This document shows positions 12,833 through 25,589 of a stretch of DNA of 64,000 bases, one piece after another; position 1 is the stretch's first letter, and each line of letters opens with the position of its first letter. The DNA lies in NCBI GenBank assembly GCA_028534125.1, contig CM052817.1, forward strand, positions 12,774,001-12,838,000, in the 5' to 3' direction. The position numbers and the translations under genes are program-made. This DNA is from Lama glama. Its lineage: Eukaryota. The notes beneath the pieces were generated by a model that worked only from the letters and a program-made list of their open reading frames with translations, made no database searches and was not told where the DNA came from.

Positions 12833-13105
12833 GTAAGAATACTTAACATGAAATCTACTCTCTTAACCAGTTTTTAACTGTACAACATTATTGTTACAGG
12901 TACAATGTTGTACAGCAAATCTCTAGAGCTTATTCATCTTGCTGAACTGACACTTTATGCCCATTCGTTAATAACTCCTCATTTCTCCCTCAACCCAGCC
13001 CCTGACCACCACCATTCTACTTTGATTCTATGAATTTCACTATTTCAGTTACCTCACATAACTGAAATCATAGAGTGTTTGACTTCCTATGGGATTATTT
13101 CATTT
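12832..13105 (-). mobile_element. L1MA/MB-type 3' UTR fragment
   Basis: ggtaagaatacttaacatgaaatctactctctta...atgttgtacagcaaatctctagagcttattcatcttg...ccaccattctac. Confidence 0.8.
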
Positions 13106-13710
13106 TTTAAATTATTTCTTGTTTTAATTAGTAGAGGGTTGAAATACATTATAGATAAGAGAACTATGTTATAAAATGCATTCAAAGCATTTTCTGTCAT
13201 TTAGACTTTAACTGATACTATCTTCTGCCACACAAAATTTATATGTTTTGAATAGTCAAACCTGTCAGTGATTTTCTTTGTAAATTTGGGAGTTTACCTT
13301 ATGCTTAAAAATTCTCAGGCTTATAAAAATGCTCCCCTGTAGCTCATACTAATTTTTCTTTTTAGTCTTTAAATTAAACCTTGAAAGCATGAAATCATTT
13401 GGAATTTATTTTTTGTGTGAGCTGTGTGGGAGAAAGATGACACTTGCTTCAATGTGAACAGCATTTTGTACCAAAATTATTATTGAATATCCTATTATTT
13501 TCTCACTCTTTTGAAACATGTTTAGCTCATGAGATTTCCATTATACACTGCTCTGTTTCTGGATTATTGAATTTGGTTCCTAAGATTTATTTATCTATCC
13601 TTATGCACGCCTTTTATATTGTTTTCTCCTTAGTATATTATAAATTCTAAGAGCACAGGTGCACCTTCATTAGTCATATTTTTCAATATTTTCTTGGTCT
13701 CTCTCTCTTA

Positions 13711-14342
13711 TTTTATTTTTTATTGATGTATTGTTGATTTACAATGTTGTTTCTAGTTTCTGGTGTATAGCAAAGTGATTCAGTTATATATACATATATG
13801 CATAATTATAATAATACATATTCTTTTTCATTATAGGTTATTACAAGATATTGAATGTAGTTCCCTGTGCTCTGCTGTAGGACCTTGTTGTTTATCTATT
13901 TTGTGTATAGTAATTTGAATATGCTAATCCTGAACTCCAAATATACCCTTCGTCCCCTTTCTCCTTTAGTAACATAGGTTTGTTGTCTATGTCTGTGAGT
14001 TTAGATCTGTCTTATAAATAAATTCATTTATATCACTTTATGAAGATTCCACATATAAATGATATCAAATGATATTTGTCTTTCTTTGTCTGACTTGCTT
14101 CACTTAGTATGATAATCTCTAGGTCCATCCATGGTTCAACAAATGGTATTATTTCATTTTTTATGCTGAGTAATATTCCATTGTGTGTGTATTTTATATA
14201 TATATATATATAAATATATATATATATTTTAATTTATTGAAGTATAGTTGATGTACAATGTTGTGTTAGCTTCTGGTGTACAGTTTCTGATATATATATA
14301 CATATATATATACACACATATATGTGTATATACTCCTTTTCA
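13711..14342 (-). mobile_element. Two tandem artiodactyl-type L1 3' ends (13711-14190 and ~14225-14342) separated by (TA)n
   Basis: Both begin with ttattga...gttga.ttacaatgttgt...ttctggtgta. The first extends into the ORF2 end (agattccacatataa...tgacttgcttcacttagtatgataatctctaggtccatccatg). Confidence 0.85.
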
Positions 14343-14829
14343 GTTTCATCTTTGCCTTTCTTTTGCATTTACCCTTCCAGCTGACACTTGAAATTTCTTG
14401 CAAAATTATCAAAAGATGAGATTTTGATTTAAATTGAATTAAATGTCTGCATTATTTGAGATAGGAAGACATCATTCCATCCCAGAGGATAACTCTTTAA
14501 TTATTAAAATCTTGTTTTAAATATTGTAGTAACATTTTATAGAGGTCTTAATATTAGGTCTAATGTAGATTTATATTACATGAGTATATTTATATTTTAT
14601 AATTTTAGCTTAGATTTTTTGTTTGTTTTGTATTTTATTTTTTGGATTTGGTTTGTTTTCCCAGTGTATGTTCAGATGTGCCATTGTAAATATGAACAAA
14701 ATAATTTGAATTTGACTAATTTCACTCTATCCAGTCACCTGATTGAATTTCCCTAGTTTTGGGTTAAAATATAAGATGATAACAATAATTATGATAAGGA
14801 TTATAGTAATAATGACTAATATGGTTAAT

Positions 14830-15060
14830 AGTCATTTTATTAATTAGTAACTGGTAAAGTATCAGACATTTTGCTAATCACTATACAGGGGTTATTAGAT
14901 CGAATCCTCATAATACTTCTGAGAGAGAGAGAGAGACCAATATCTTTTCCCACAGATGACAAATTTCAGTTTACAAGGAGTGAGGAATTGCCCAAGGTAT
15001 TCCAGGCAATAAATGTCCCAGAATCAGAAGAAAAGTCTGTTTCTGATTTCTGAGATCATA
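14830..15060 (-). mobile_element. MIR SINE
   Basis: aatcctcataatac...ttcccacagatgac...ttgcccaaggta. Confidence 0.6.
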
Positions 15061-15150
15061 CAGCCAAACATAAGGCTGTTGTCTCTTCTTTAGTTGAATA
15101 ATCTAAAACAGTGCTAAATGAAAGTGGTGCAGTGGTGACAATCAGCGTTC

Positions 15151-15575
15151 TTTTTTTTTTAACATTTTTTATTGATTTATAATCATTTTACAATGTTGTG
15201 TCAAATTCCAGTGTTCAGCACAATTTTTCAGTCATTCATGGACATATACACACTCGTCACATTTTTTTCTCTGTGATTTATCATAACATTTTGTGTATAT
15301 TTCCCTGTGCTTTACTGTGTAATCTTGTTTATCTATTCTACAATTTTGAAATCCCAGTCTATAGGAGGCAAGAATATACAATGGAATAAAGACAGTCTCT
15401 TCAGCAAATGGTGTTGGGAAAACTGGACAGCAGCATGTAAAACAATGAAGCTAGAACACTCCCTTACACCATATACAAAAATCAACTCAAAATGGATTAA
15501 AGACTTAAACATAAGACAAGATACAATAAACATCCTAGAGGAAAACATAGGCAAAACATTATCTGACATACATGA
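15151..15575 (-). mobile_element. Young LINE-1 with 5' inversion (twin-primed)
   Basis: Poly-T plus antisense L1 3' UTR (15151-15362) is joined to a sense ORF2 segment (15363-15572). TSD cagcgttctt (15143-15152) / cagtgttctt (15576-15585). Confidence 0.9.
15363..15572 (+). pseudogene. LINE-1 ORF2p fragment (C-terminal to the RT domain)
   Basis: [70 protein letters not shown] aligns with the L1 ORF2p motif KDSLFNKWCWENW...[16 protein letters not shown]. Confidence 0.95.
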
Positions 15576-18084
15576 CAGTGTTCTTGATTTAATCTTGAAT
15601 TTCATAAAATTTATCAATACACTTATGAAGACATTTGTTGCCAAACATAAATGAAATTCTTTTAGTTTTTTAAGGAAGTTTTGTTCTATTTCCATTTTAT
15701 TTAGTATTTTAAAAATTGTAATAAGTGTAGAATATTATTAATTTATTTATCTATTAACATAATTGTAACTTTAGACACTGGAATATACTAGGTGGTTTCT
15801 CAAAGTTTCTCACCTTGTGTTCTTGAAATAAACTACACCTGCTTTATATCATAGCTTGCTTTAATTATAGTTCAAGCATTACTCTTCAGTAATTTTTAAT
15901 TTTTCAGTGTCATTTTTATCACATTTTGTTATGAAGTTATGCAAGCTAGCAAAATATCCATATTGTCTATGTTCTGAAATAATTTTATAATGTACATAGT
16001 TCCCATTCTCAAAAGATTTGATAAAATTTACCTATAAATTCACCTTTGCTGGTAGATTTTTAGGGTTAGAACTTATTCTTCATAATTTTTTTTAAAAATG
16101 TATCTTTTCATGCTTCCTATCTAAATTTATTTTGGAAATTTGTAGTTTCATAAAATATTCTCTCTTCATTAAACTTTTTGCATTCCCTTTTATGAAATCT
16201 TACATATAGTTGTTTATAATATTTATCTTATTGTAATTTTTATTATATTCTTTGGTTACTTTTAAAGTTGCAAATATTTTTTGTCTTTTTTTATAAGCAT
16301 AATTATTCACTTAATTTGACCAGCTTTTAATTTTGTTAATTTTTTTCTTCTTGGTATTTTTTTGTTCACAAAAGTTTCTATTTAAATTTTCCTATTAATC
16401 ATTCCTTTTTACTGTTAAAATTTCTTAAGCTCAGTATTAACCCATTCTTTTATACTCTTTCTTTTTTATTAATGAAATAATTCAAAAGCTTTGATTTTTC
16501 TTTTGTGTATGGTTTTAGATGCATACAAAATGCTTTTATATGAAACGGTCTAATTTTTGTTAATCTGTAAGTAATTTGCAATTATAGTTTTATTTTATAT
16601 ATATTTTATTCATTTAGATTACTTTTTATTATAGACAATATAAAAATGTGTTCTTTTTTTACAAGACTCTGTATTTTTTGGCTTTCAGCCAAACAATGTG
16701 GCCTCTGAATTTTCCACTTTTGTAAATTTATTTGAATTTATTTTATAAGTAGTTTTGTGCCATTTATTTATTTATTTATCTATTGATTCTTGGTCACAAG
16801 AGAAAAGTATGCATTTTCTCAGGTATAAAATCCCATGAGCAGGAGTTGAGTCACTTTTGTCAGTTTTGTAGTGTAATCTTGTTTATGCTTATGGTTTTAA
16901 AATCTACCTGATCTATCCAATTCCGACTCTTAATAAGAGTTTTATTTTGTTAATTCTCTTTGCCTTGGTGTTAAGTATCGAATAGTTCACAGATTGGATT
17001 TATATTCTTCTTGGATTTATATTCTTCCCCCCTTTTTATGCAAAATACATCTATCTTGATTAAGACTTTAACATTTAAAGGTTACTTTATTTAATATTAT
17101 CATTATCTCTGGAATTTTATTTTTATGCTTCCATTTGCCTAACATATCATCTTCTGTGTGTGTGTGTGCATATATATATATATATTTCTTTTACTTGCAA
17201 GTATTACGTGACATTTTATTTTAGCTGAGTCTGTTGTAAACCGTGTATAGCTAGATTTTTATCCTAATTCAAGAGAGATCACTAATTTTAGTATAACATT
17301 TTCAGTTCTGGAACTTTTACCTATAATTTCATTCTAACCAAATCATGAAGCATAAGGAGCCTTTCCAGATACTCTATTAAAATTATTTTTATAGATATAA
17401 TAATGTTTTCTTCACTATTTTTATATTTGGATTACTTTTGGCAAGCTTGCATCAAATGGATGGTTTAAAACCCATAAAATGAGCAAAGGCAGAAGACGGA
17501 TCGTTATGAAATTTTTTTTATGCCATCACAACCTATCTTCATAGCAATATGTGTTTTCTAGTAGGGAAAATAAAATGGTATAGTATTTAGATATTGTCTT
17601 ACAAAGAACCACTTAAATATAATCACCTTCAAAAATGCACCAGAATTATAAATTTAAATTTATTTTAAAAAAAAGTGTTTCCACACAGAAATAAATGCTG
17701 CCCTATTTTCAGTCTTTCCCATCAGCTTTATTTCCTGGTAAGTTAATATGCCCTTTAAGAAAATTTTTATATTATCTAACTTTGTCAATATCAGATTGGG
17801 AGAGGAAAACAAAATGATTTGAATGGGAGAGAAAAACTTGCCAATATGGCAGGAAAATAAAACCCTTAGGGGTTCAGAGTAACCCTTGGCAACATCTATT
17901 GCAATTCTGTAATTTTACTGATGTGGAAATTTAGTCTGTAAGAAGTTCAACAGCTTGCCTGAAGTTATATTGTTTCGGTAAGATTTCTAAAGCCACAAGC
18001 CAAGAATTTCCTTCCAAGAGAGACAAACCTGGCATACAAAAAAGATTCACAGATTTGTAATCAGTTGGGCTGCTTTTACATCTT

Positions 18085-18312
18085 GATTGCATGCATACTG
18101 ACTGGAAGACAGACACACCTGGCTTCATATCACACCTCTTCATTTATTAGCAGTGAAAACTTGGTAAAGATACTTAACTTCTAAGCCCTAAGTTTCTTCT
18201 CTACAAATGAGAAGGATGTGTTCTGTTTCCAAGCACGAATATTGTTCTAAAGAGAAGATTTGGCTGGATAGCACTGTATGCACCACTTAATTATTCCCCA
18301 ACAAATATTAGC
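18085..18312 (+). mobile_element. MIR SINE
   Basis: gacagacacacctggcttcatatc...acttggtaaagatacttaacttctaagccctaagtttcttctctacaaatg. Confidence 0.65.
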
Positions 18313-21009
18313 TTCCTTCCCCGCTCCCCTTGATTAAATCAACCCATACTGGTCTTCTAGGGCCCCAATACTTTATAGGAACAATACTTTTGTGCCACTG
18401 TTGGAATCCAAGAGACCGCTAGTTGAGATAACTGAAATTCCACTATATGGACAGTATAATCTTGGAAAATGGGCTGGCCATGATAAAGTGAGCATAAGAA
18501 ACTGAAGGGATTCCATTCTCTTTCTTAACTAATTTCTAAGAAATGTTCCGTTTTCCTTCTCCGGCATATAGCTCAAACACAACTTTTCATTTTTTTCTTA
18601 ACTCCCAGAAAAGCCTAGTGGTACCAGTGGGAACCATCACAAGGAATTAAATTGCTCTGTTTCCCAGGGTTAGAAAAAAATGGAGGGAAAAAGTATATAG
18701 AAAGGTCTATTTCATGTAATCCTGCTATAGCATGATTTTCAAACAATCATTTAATGTCTCATTAGGACAGCCTGGGAATAGATTTCTCTCCTTCTGACAT
18801 GGTCTGAGCCTAACCCTCAGGTTAGACACCCATTGATTTTAGCTTCCATTGCTCTGTAAAACACATCTGAGTCCTTAATTAATAATTTGCTACGTTGGAG
18901 ACCAATTTGCTATTGCTTGAACATGCTTGATTGAAAGCACAGACATAATGCTCATAAAATGTTGGGAAAAAAAGTAATTGCAAGTGAGATTATAAATTAC
19001 TGTTGGCTTCAGGCTTCCCTTGAGCTATGGAAAGCAAAAAGCAATTATTTATCTTTGGAGATGGAATTAGCCTTTTTGTTTTATTGTTGTTATCTGATCA
19101 ATGCTTATTCTTTCCAGTCTGATTCTCTAGTTGGTTAGGAAATTTAAAAGGAGACCCTACTTTCCTCATGTTCTCAATCTGTTTCACAGTTCGACCTTTC
19201 CCTTCTTGTTTGAAGTTTTTCCAAAAATGACTATTGTTTAAGGTCCCTGGGCTGGCACGTATCCAGCAAAACAGTTATATACCTGGCATTAGTGACAACA
19301 TTTTAAGTCTCTATTGCAGGTGAGAAGTGATTTTATTAATGCTCCTATTTCATTAAATGGCTGCTGAATACGAAGCATCCGCTGTAAATATTTTAAAATA
19401 CATCCTGAAAATTGAGCCGGCTCTTGAAGCGACGACTGCCTTGACTCACACGCAGTTGACATTGTGTATTTTTTGTGTTTTGCAATGATGTCTGAGGTTT
19501 TACTTCTGTGGCACAGATACGCGTTTGTTTTGTAGAAGATGTTTGGTTTTCCGTAGTTCACTTGACTATTGGTAGCACAGATACAATAGGGCGAATTTGA
19601 AACGACTGAAAGTATTTCACTTCAAACACAAGATTAGGTTGTATTCATCTTCTGCCATAATTCACATAGTGGAGCAAATCAGGATCCTCTATTCTGATTC
19701 CACGCAGCAGCCCGACTCTCTAAGCACAGAAGGAGGAACAAAAGATGCCTCTTCGTGCCCTCTTTATGTATTCCTCTGTCCTTCCGGGCCATCTGCACCC
19801 CAGAAGCTGAGCTTTAGTCAAAGATTGCCTCCGAAGAACCGTGTGACCCAACATGAGTCCATTAAGTTCCCTGGGCTTCAGCGCCTCACTTTAAAAGGAA
19901 GCAGCTGAACCGGCCCTAACGGAGGGTGACCCCTGAGATGCTCCGTGAGCCCCTCTCCTCGGACTAGTCACCCTGTCTCCTAATGAAGGAGGCTCTTCTC
20001 TGTCTCCTTCGCTAGACAGGATATCGTGGGACAACAGGGACACTCTGCCAGGTGTTATTTTATCCTCTGTACAACCAGCACACTTCCCACCTCTGCCAGC
20101 CCCATCATTTTCCTGTCCAAGGGCCCCTCATTGAGACACACTGAAATATAAGGGACACACAAAAAATGCGTATGAAATGATGGCTTTTGATGATTTCTTC
20201 CTTCCACGAAGATTCCCTGCCCTTGAGGTGTCACTCCGCGGTTGACAACTCGGCTTCAGGAAGCCAGGAGGGGCCCGAGGGCAGTACATAGGACAAAGTA
20301 CAGAGAGGGGTTCCGTTTTCAGCTTGTTCATTTTGTGTATTCATGTTACAAATGCCTTCACTGCTCTCCCCACTCTTTTCCCGTTTGTGACCACATGCCC
20401 CAAAAGACAGTGGCCAGTCCACCTGTGACTGGCTAGTTCAGAACCACGTATTTTTTTTCCCAAGGGAAAGTTAGGAAGAGATAATATTCCTTCCTTTCTC
20501 ATATGATAAGACACTGAGGACAGCCTTTCTGGTTAACAGCAGGCCTCTCTCCACCTGCAGGCCAGTCTCCATTCCTCAGTTGGCTATTTTCAGTCTAGTA
20601 AGGATTTCACCATTTCATTAATTTAAGGGGTACATATTAAAAGCACAGCACTGCCAAACTCCCCAGGTCTCTTCCTTGGGTTTCAAAAAGGGTATGCAAT
20701 GTCCCTGTTATCCTCTTCTTCCAGTCTCTGCTGGCCACAGGGGCTCTCCCCACTGTCCTGGTGAGAGCAAGAGGTTGTCTCTGCAGGGAGCAGAGAGCAC
20801 GCAGTGCCCCGCAAGCCTCCATGTGGGCGAAGCCACTGCGGATGCATAATACTAATGACCCCTCAAACTGAGCTTCCACCCAACTCGTGCTCCCTAGCTA
20901 GACCCCTTCGGCCCCTCCTCACTGGGGCTTAATCCCCTGCAACCTACCATGGGGGGACCCCAGGAAAAGGCCTCCCTGCAGGTAGACAAGTCCCACCAGG
21001 AAACCTTAT

Positions 21010-21275
21010 TACTATTATTTTTTTAATTGACATACAGTCAGCTTACGATGTCGTATTAACTTCTGATGTACAGAGTAGTGATTCAGTTATACATATATAT
21101 GTACATACATATATTCCTTTTCATAGTCTTTTTCATTATAGGCCATTCCAAGATATTGACTATAGTTCCCTGTGCTACACAGTAGGACCTTGTTGTTTAT
21201 CTATTTTATATGTAATAGTACTTATATATGGTAGAACTCCCAATTTATCCTCCACCTCTCCCCTCCCTTCCCCTG
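21010..21275 (-). mobile_element. 5'-truncated artiodactyl-type L1 3' UTR
   Basis: ttaattgacatacagtcag...gtgattcagttatacat...tatagttccctgtgctacacagtaggaccttgttgtttatctatttt. Confidence 0.9.
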
Positions 21276-21289
21276 TTATTCTTAATGCT

Positions 21290-21745
21290 TGTCAGACCCT
21301 GGCAGGAAACAGAATCTACTCCAAGTGGCTCAAACAGACTTGAAAGAGGTGAAGTCAGAGTTTGGGAAACAGGATGGAGAGGCACCCAAAACCAGCAACA
21401 GGTGGAAGCTTGTCAGCACCACTGAGGCTTAAGGAACAGAAAAGAAAACCGTGCGTCTGAAGCCCAGTGAAAAGCGTCCCCAGTGGTGGCTCTAACTGTA
21501 GAAAAACAGGTCTACTTTCAGCGAAGTGGGACTAAAGCAGGAGGAAACTTGGAAAGACTAAAGAAATACTCTGACCTCGCTCTCCTCTTGCCCTCCAGTC
21601 TCCTGCTGGTGCTTTCCATTGGCGAAACCCAACAAGAAGCCAGAGAGTGATGCAGTCCATGAGGGTCATCTCCCCACCCCACTGGCACCCGCACTGGCAC
21701 ACAGCAGCCAGAGGAAGGAGTAGAATGGCTCTAACTGGGGAAAAT
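21290..21745 (-). mobile_element. ERVL LTR33-like relic
   Basis: ggcaggaaacagaatctactccaag...ctctgacctcgctctcctcttgccctccagtctcctgctggtgctttccattggcgaaacccaac. Confidence 0.65.
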
Positions 21746-22214
21746 AATGGCTAATCAGAACATCGCTGGACAAGGAATAATACATTTCCCCCTGGAGGGA
21801 ATGGATAAGGGAAGGAGAGAGACTGGACCTGGGGGACAGATGTTCAAATGGATTTTTGTTCTTGTCCATTTGCAAAAACAAGGATGTCATGCAACCATGA
21901 CTTGTAGGTAAGAGTTGATATCTCCTGTGCTTCAGTTTTCTCCAGTCAACTTAACTCACACAGCTAATCATACTGTTTACTGGGAACTTCCCCCATCCTG
22001 GCTGTTCTGGACATCTTTCTTCTGTGTCCCTGGCCCAGACCCTTGAACTGCTCACCCCATCCTCATGCCATTCCTTCTTCTTACACCATTTCAAGTATCC
22101 CTGACTGCTAAGTGTCACCAAGACCTTTACCCTTTCTTTCTGGCTCAGGTAAGTCTGCTTCCTCCACAACTGCTTTCTTTAAGCTGACCTCAAAATTCAC
22201 TGCTTCCATCACTA

Positions 22215-22430
22215 AGCAGTATACTGTAGTGGTAAAGAGAACAGATCATCGAGTCAGGTGTAGATGCTCGTCAGGTCTACAGTCATGTAATCCTCTGGAG
22301 ACATTTATCTTAGTCAACCTCTTAAGGCTGTTGTATGGATTAAATGAGGTAGATAATTATGAGACAATGTATTCAATTCTTAGCATGGGACCTGGCACAG
22401 AGTAAACTCTCAGTAACTTGTAGCTTATTG
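22215..22430 (+). mobile_element. MIR SINE, apparently within an L2 relic
   Basis: gtagtggtaaagagaacag...ggattaaatgag...cttagcatgggacctggcacagagtaaactctcagtaa. Confidence 0.75.
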
Positions 22431-22587
22431 TCACTCACTAAACTTTGCATGTGGTGTGCCTTTTCTCCTCCAGCCAAACCTTCTCTCCATTATCAAGTCA
22501 GCATTTGAGAAGTGGATACAGGATTGGAGGGTTCACTGAATCAACTGAGGGTGGGTCAAAATGCTCTGCTAATTTTTTAGATACTAG

Positions 22588-22905
22588 TATTTTTATTGAA
22601 TACATTTGACATAGAAGATTGTGTAAGTTTAAGGTATACAATGTATCACTTTGATACATGTATGCATTGTAATACGATTGCCCTTGTAGGGACATTTGCC
22701 ACATTGAGTTATTATAGTACAATATTATTGCCCGTGTTCAACATACCTCGCATTAGATCTCTACGGCTCATTTACTATTTGTCACAAGTTTGTTCCCTTA
22801 AACACCATGAATCTTATCCTTCCCCCCTACCCCTGAAAACCACCATTTTACTCTGTCTTTTCCCAGCTTGGCTCTTTTAGGTCCCGCAGATAAGTGATAG
22901 CATGC
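22588..22905 (-). mobile_element. L1MA9-like 3' end
   Basis: tttattgaatacatttgacatag...gtgtaagtttaaggtatacaatg...cattagatctc...aaccaccattttactctg. Confidence 0.85.
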
Positions 22906-25589
22906 ATTTCCTTTTTTTGGGAGAGATGGGAGCACCAGGAGCACTAGGCTAGTGTTCTGTATCCTTACATAGGAAACCAGCTTAAAGTTTAAACCAAACT
23001 CCCTTTTCCTGCTTCTCCATTAACCTTTGACAAATTGCAAACCTCACAGTTTCTATGGGCATGAATGTGGCCGGCCAGGCCATTACCCAAGCCTGTTAAA
23101 ATATGGCCTGTGAGGCAGTTTCCTGTGTGCACTCACCCCCACCAGAAATTCTTTTGATAGAATTTATCATGCATTATTTATGTTACGCTGAACCTCTAAT
23201 GCAAATTTATGGAATGTAATAGAAACATTCTGTACATCGTCGTGTTCCCGTATCATTCTGTGTCTGCCACGAGAGACTTACAAAATGACTTGTGTGGACT
23301 AATCCTATAGACGCTATTATAGCCCAGCTGTAATTTCTGGGAACATTTCAATTCTTGGTTTTTCTTTCCTTGTGCAGATTTTATTTCTTCTTTCACTGCC
23401 CAAAGTATTTATTGCCCATCTGATCACAGCACACTTATCAGACCACGTCTCCCTCGAAGCAGTGGAAGTATGGTGCATTACTAGCTCCTTTTATTTCATG
23501 AAGGCTATTTTTAGGGAGTAGGGTGGTTTCAAGGATTTTTGCCTCTGTGCTATATATCTATAAATTTCCTTGAAAATATATGTGAGTTGAGAATCTTTTC
23601 ATTGTAACCACCATAACCATGTGTCATAGGGTAAGAGCTATGGAAAAATGTGACTAAAATCAGAACCAACACAATTGTCTTCATGTTTTGATTCACCAAG
23701 ATCAAGATCCTTCAGTCCAGTATAAGATTTATCTCAATCTATAAATTTGTGATAAAGAAAAGGGTTTAAGCAAGAGATAATCTAAGCAACACTTTATCAA
23801 TTATTTTTTTTCTGCATAATATTTTACCAGTTGACCACCAGTCTGGCCTTTATTAAGACCAATAAATGGCATAGCATTTGTCGGAAATAAGGGGTACTTT
23901 ATACATCAAGGACGTAGGTAGGAAGAAGTCAAAGAGACCCATGAGGAGCAATTTGTTGGTTCTACACCAAGGTAGAAGTCATTTTGTATAATTAGGCAAT
24001 AAGTTCTATCTGCATAGAGCTTATCAATTATTAATGACCCTATTCAACATTTAATTTCTTTGTGGCAGCCAAGTAGGTCTTCTTTGTCACATGATTTTGT
24101 TGGCTTTAAAATTAAATGCATTTCTCCTACTGAGGACACACAAGAGAAAATAGGAAGTTAATATGTTTCCTAAAGTCTGTATCAAGAAACCATACGCTCT
24201 GGACAAAAGTGAGGAAAGGGAATCTTACAGAGTAACCATCTGTAGACCCAGTTGGAAAGACCCTTCACAATAAAAATCCATAGTGCATGAAAGATACAGT
24301 TCTGATTTTTGTTGTTTTTTTTTTCACCTTGTCCCACACATTTCAGGGCTTTCTTTCTTCTCTCCACCTTTCGTTTTGTTTTTAAAGGTAAACTTGACTA
24401 TTCTCTGTTTGCTTCTTCAAGACTCCTTAACTGTTGTTGGTCATGACTGTAAATTGTAATGTTAGGGAAATTACCAAGGTGACTCCCACCTCGCTCAGGC
24501 TTATTTCTGGTGCATGGGGAGCCTTCTGTCATTTATCTTGTGTCCTGTGCCTGCTCATGTCTGCTTTGAAAATACATTAAAAAAAAAGATGATGTCCATT
24601 TATTCTAATAATGCATATAATAAATTACACCACAATTTCTCATGAGTGCCTACCAAGCAGCCCTATGTGACAGATATAGAAAAAGTTATCACTGCCATTT
24701 TCAAATAAGGAAACTGGGATCATTTTTTCAAAGCTAGATTGCCTTTCTCTCTCTCTCCTATCTCTCTCTGGATAAAACTGCTGAGCTCTTGATGTAATCC
24801 TGACCTTAAGTCATTAAACATTAAAGCATCAACTCGAGACTCGAAGACCAAACAACTTTTGTTGCCTAGTGTTGAAACGATGCTAGCAAAGTGACTGGGG
24901 AAAAGGTCAGTTTCTAGGTTTAAGAATTCTTCCAACTTCCTCTTTCTCTATTCAAAAAGTTGCCTCCAACCTAATTCATCAAAATATAATGATGAAAACT
25001 CACATGCAGAACAGGCTGAATTTTATCCAGAATGCTTTTTTCTAGGTTTTAAAAAAACCTTTGAAGTGACCTGTCAGTCCAATTCATTTCAACACGCATT
25101 TGTCAGACATATATTAAATGATGTATCTTGTATTAATCACCAAGGATAGTGATTAAATTATGGCCCTGTCCTAAAAGATATCATGTGATGATAGAGAGTA
25201 ACTGACATTGGAGCTGGATTGTGAAGACTGAGGAGGACCTTACTGGTCAAAGTTGGGAATATAGTGCTTTTGAGAAGGAGGACATAAAGGAAAAGCCTTG
25301 TGCGAAACTGTCAGCAGAAAACTGATAGTTTCAAGGATCTGAACCAACTAATTCAGTATAGCAGAGATGTAAAGTCTAGAACAGAGCAGAAAGGACCAGG
25401 GTTCACACTGTGCTTGACATTACCAACAGTGATGTGACCATTTATGGGACACATGGTGAATGGGCTTAATTAGGTGGAAGGGAAGCGGGAAGACGGAAGT
25501 AAGACTAACGACAGTAAAACTAGACAAGATGCTAATATGCTGAAGAGGGGACAATTTTCATGCCTTGTTTTTATAATAGCAATGCGTTA

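Larger units (their letters stand above)
11560..17350 (-). mobile_element. Long, highly degraded old LINE-1 (L1ME-like) hosting several younger insertions
   Basis: Collinear antisense L1 remnants (attgctgcaatatat, cagcattttgtacc...attattgaatatcc, aaacagtgctaaatgaaagtggtg) in very T-rich sequence. Confidence 0.6.

Noticed and set aside
15307..15695. Overlapping 115-aa and 120-aa ORFs that look like a chimeric gene
   Set aside because: They read through the inversion junction of a dead L1. Only the ORF2 portion is homologous, and there is no promoter or splice support.
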